NCBI GenBank assembly: GCA_023205875.1
Contig: CP060754.1
Span: 992,001-1,056,000, forward strand
Source of the DNA: Chloropicon primus
Taxonomy: Eukaryota
DNA length: 64,000 bases
Direction: 5' to 3'
Shown: positions 62,273 through 64,000 of the stretch, piece after piece
Numbering within the stretch: the stretch's first letter is position 1
How the letters are laid out: each line of letters begins with the position of its first letter
The notes under the pieces: generated by a model
Told to the model about the DNA's origin: nothing
The model's database searches: none
Seen by the model: only the letters and a program-made list of their open reading frames with translations
Translations under genes and position numbers: made by a program

Positions 62273-64000
62273 ATGAAGGGAGGGTGGGTCATCGGTCGAG
62301 GGACTCAGAAGGTTGTTGTTGTGGGGAGACTTTGGGGTGGTCTGCGACAGAGGCCCAGGCAAGCGACGACGAGTGCAACACCGGGTTCTTTGACGTCATC
62401 GGATTTCGTGAGGCCAGCGAGGAAACGCGTGTGTTACCCGGCGAGAGCGATGGAACCGGCCTCGATGACTTCCGGCGCGACAGTGGGTGGTCTCGAGCTG
62501 GACGAAGGCATCGAGTCGCTTGCGAGGAAGCAGGCGGAGTGGCGCCGGAAGTCCCCGAGGGAAAAGGCGGGCGTCGCCCGAACGGTGCTCGCAAGCCTGG
62601 AGTCCCTCTCTTGGTCCGACGCCAAGTGGAACGGGACGCCGTGGGCGGAGGGGCAGCTGGTGCTCGAGGGGTACGACGCCAAGGCGAACTGCCGGGACTC
62701 GCACGCCAAGGCACACGCCGCGAGCCAGAAGATGATTTTCGGGCTTGTCATCAAGAGATACTTGCAAAAGGTCATCAAGGAGCTCTCTGAGGGCGGGTCG
62801 GGGTCGGAAAGACCCGCAAAAAAAGTTGGAGCCTACGATGTCTTCCCCTGCGATGCTCTCACCGTGCCTAAGGTGGCGGGCGAGGCGTGGTGCCTCCCGA
62901 GCAGTGGGTCGCCAGAGGGCAGGAAGACGGCGCCAGAGGGCGTTTGCTTGGTGTTGGGGGCGGGGAACCAGAATTTCCTGAGCATGATCGACGTCTTGGA
63001 CAGGTTGTTCATGCACGACCAGGTGGTCATTCTCAAGCACCACCCTTTGAGGCCATTCTTGTTCGCCCCCTACGCGTCTATTTTGAGGCCCTTGACGGAC
63101 GCCGGACTGGTGCACCAGGTTCAGGACCAGGGCGTGGAGTTCAGCCAGATGATTTGTGGGCACTCTCTCGTCGATCACATCCACGTCACGGGGTCTGGGG
63201 CGACCCACGACGCCATCTGCAAGACGCTGGAGCGCGCCGGAAGGCAGTCTGACGTCGAAATCACCTGCGAACTTGGGTGCGTAACGCCCTGGATCGTTTC
63301 CAATGGCTCGTGGACCAAGAAAGAAATTGCGTTCCAGAGCAAGACCTTGGCCTTCTCAAAGAAATTTGGCGGTGGAGCGAATTGCCTTTCGCCGCAGGTA
63401 TTGATCGTGGACAACGATTGGCCTCAACTCGGATCCTTCCTGGATTCGCTCAAAGGAAGCCTGAGGTCTCTTCCGACTCCTCCAGCTTACTACCCGGGGG
63501 CCTCGAAGCGGCTTGATGCCTTGTGCTCCCAGTACGCGGATTCGCAAGTGGAGTCGGTGGCAGGAACCCCGCACCCATCGACTTTGAGCACTAGTGGCAC
63601 CTCCACGAAGCCCCTCCTGTCTGTTCAGCTCTTGGATTGCGGCTTGCACGGGGATGATGGATTCAATGACGCTGCCCTGAAAACGGAAGCCTTTGCACCT
63701 GTCCTTTCGATTGTCAGGGTCAAGGCAGGCAACGACACGAGGAGGTTCCTGAGACAAGCCGTAAACATCGCCAACGAGGAATGTGAGGGATCGTTGTCCT
63801 GCTCCGTCTCTTGCCCAGGCGCTGTCGCCGAAGGGAGCTCATTCAATGATGTCCTCGCAGATCTGAAGTTTGGCAGTGTTGGCGTGAACTGCTCCACCAC
63901 CTTTGGGTACGTCGCCACGACTGCAGGAGGTGGTTGGGGCGCTTATCCTGGCCTTTACAGCAAGGATGATTGCGGCAGCGGCAACGGCTATATTGGAAAC
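62273..64000 (+). CDS. Aldehyde dehydrogenase family protein, truncated by the window end (absent from the ORF track)
   Basis: Open frame from ATG 62273 (alternative 62450): LVLGAGN, VILKHHP, HVTGSGATHDAI, CELGCVTPWIV, GANCLSPQ, EAFAPVL, LKFGSVGVN, WGAYPG. Confidence 0.85.
   Translation, partial: MKGGWVIGRGTQKVVVVGRLWGGLRQRPRQATTSATPGSLTSSDFVRPARKRVCYPARAMEPASMTSGATVGGLELDEGIESLARKQAEWRRKSPREKAGVARTVLASLESLSWSDAKWNGTPWAEGQLVLEGYDAKANCRDSHAKAHAASQKMIFGLVIKRYLQKVIKELSEGGSGSERPAKKVGAYDVFPCDALTVPKVAGEAWCLPSSGSPEGRKTAPEGVCLVLGAGNQNFLSMIDVLDRLFMHDQVVILKHHPLRPFLFAPYASILRPLTDAGLVHQVQDQGVEFSQMICGHSLVDHIHVTGSGATHDAICKTLERAGRQSDVEITCELGCVTPWIVSNGSWTKKEIAFQSKTLAFSKKFGGGANCLSPQVLIVDNDWPQLGSFLDSLKGSLRSLPTPPAYYPGASKRLDALCSQYADSQVESVAGTPHPSTLSTSGTSTKPLLSVQLLDCGLHGDDGFNDAALKTEAFAPVLSIVRVKAGNDTRRFLRQAVNIANEECEGSLSCSVSCPGAVAEGSSFNDVLADLKFGSVGVNCSTTFGYVATTAGGGWGAYPGLYSKDDCGSGNGYIGN

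Overview
Gene-dense eukaryotic nuclear DNA with short GT-AG introns, GC3-rich codons, TGTAA poly(A)-type signals and plastid/mitochondrial targeting-like N-termini. It is most consistent with a compact-genome green alga (Chloropicon/prasinophyte-like; inferred, not proven). About 33 protein genes are supported. I saw no rRNA, tRNA, CRISPR array or transposase. Highlights: (1) a spliced selenoprotein S-like gene only partly captured by the ORF track, with in-frame UGA (…RGG-U-G-stop), a UGA-proximal hairpin and a canonical SECIS; (2) two divergent Cu+ P1B-ATPase genes sharing a ~1.7 kb near-identical inverted repeat around a ~10.6 kb block containing a bacterial-type arsenate reductase, one with a CAA-TAA-CAG-TCA leaky-stop context and an in-frame 67-codon extension; (3) tandem metallophosphoesterases that are homogenised except near metal-ligand loops; (4) a nuclear, intron-containing ccsA; (5) small multi-exon genes, including one with a 6-nt first coding exon; (6) centriole/cilium genes (AHI1-, CCDC57-, PPP1R42-like). 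Family assignments come from recognised motifs, not database searches.
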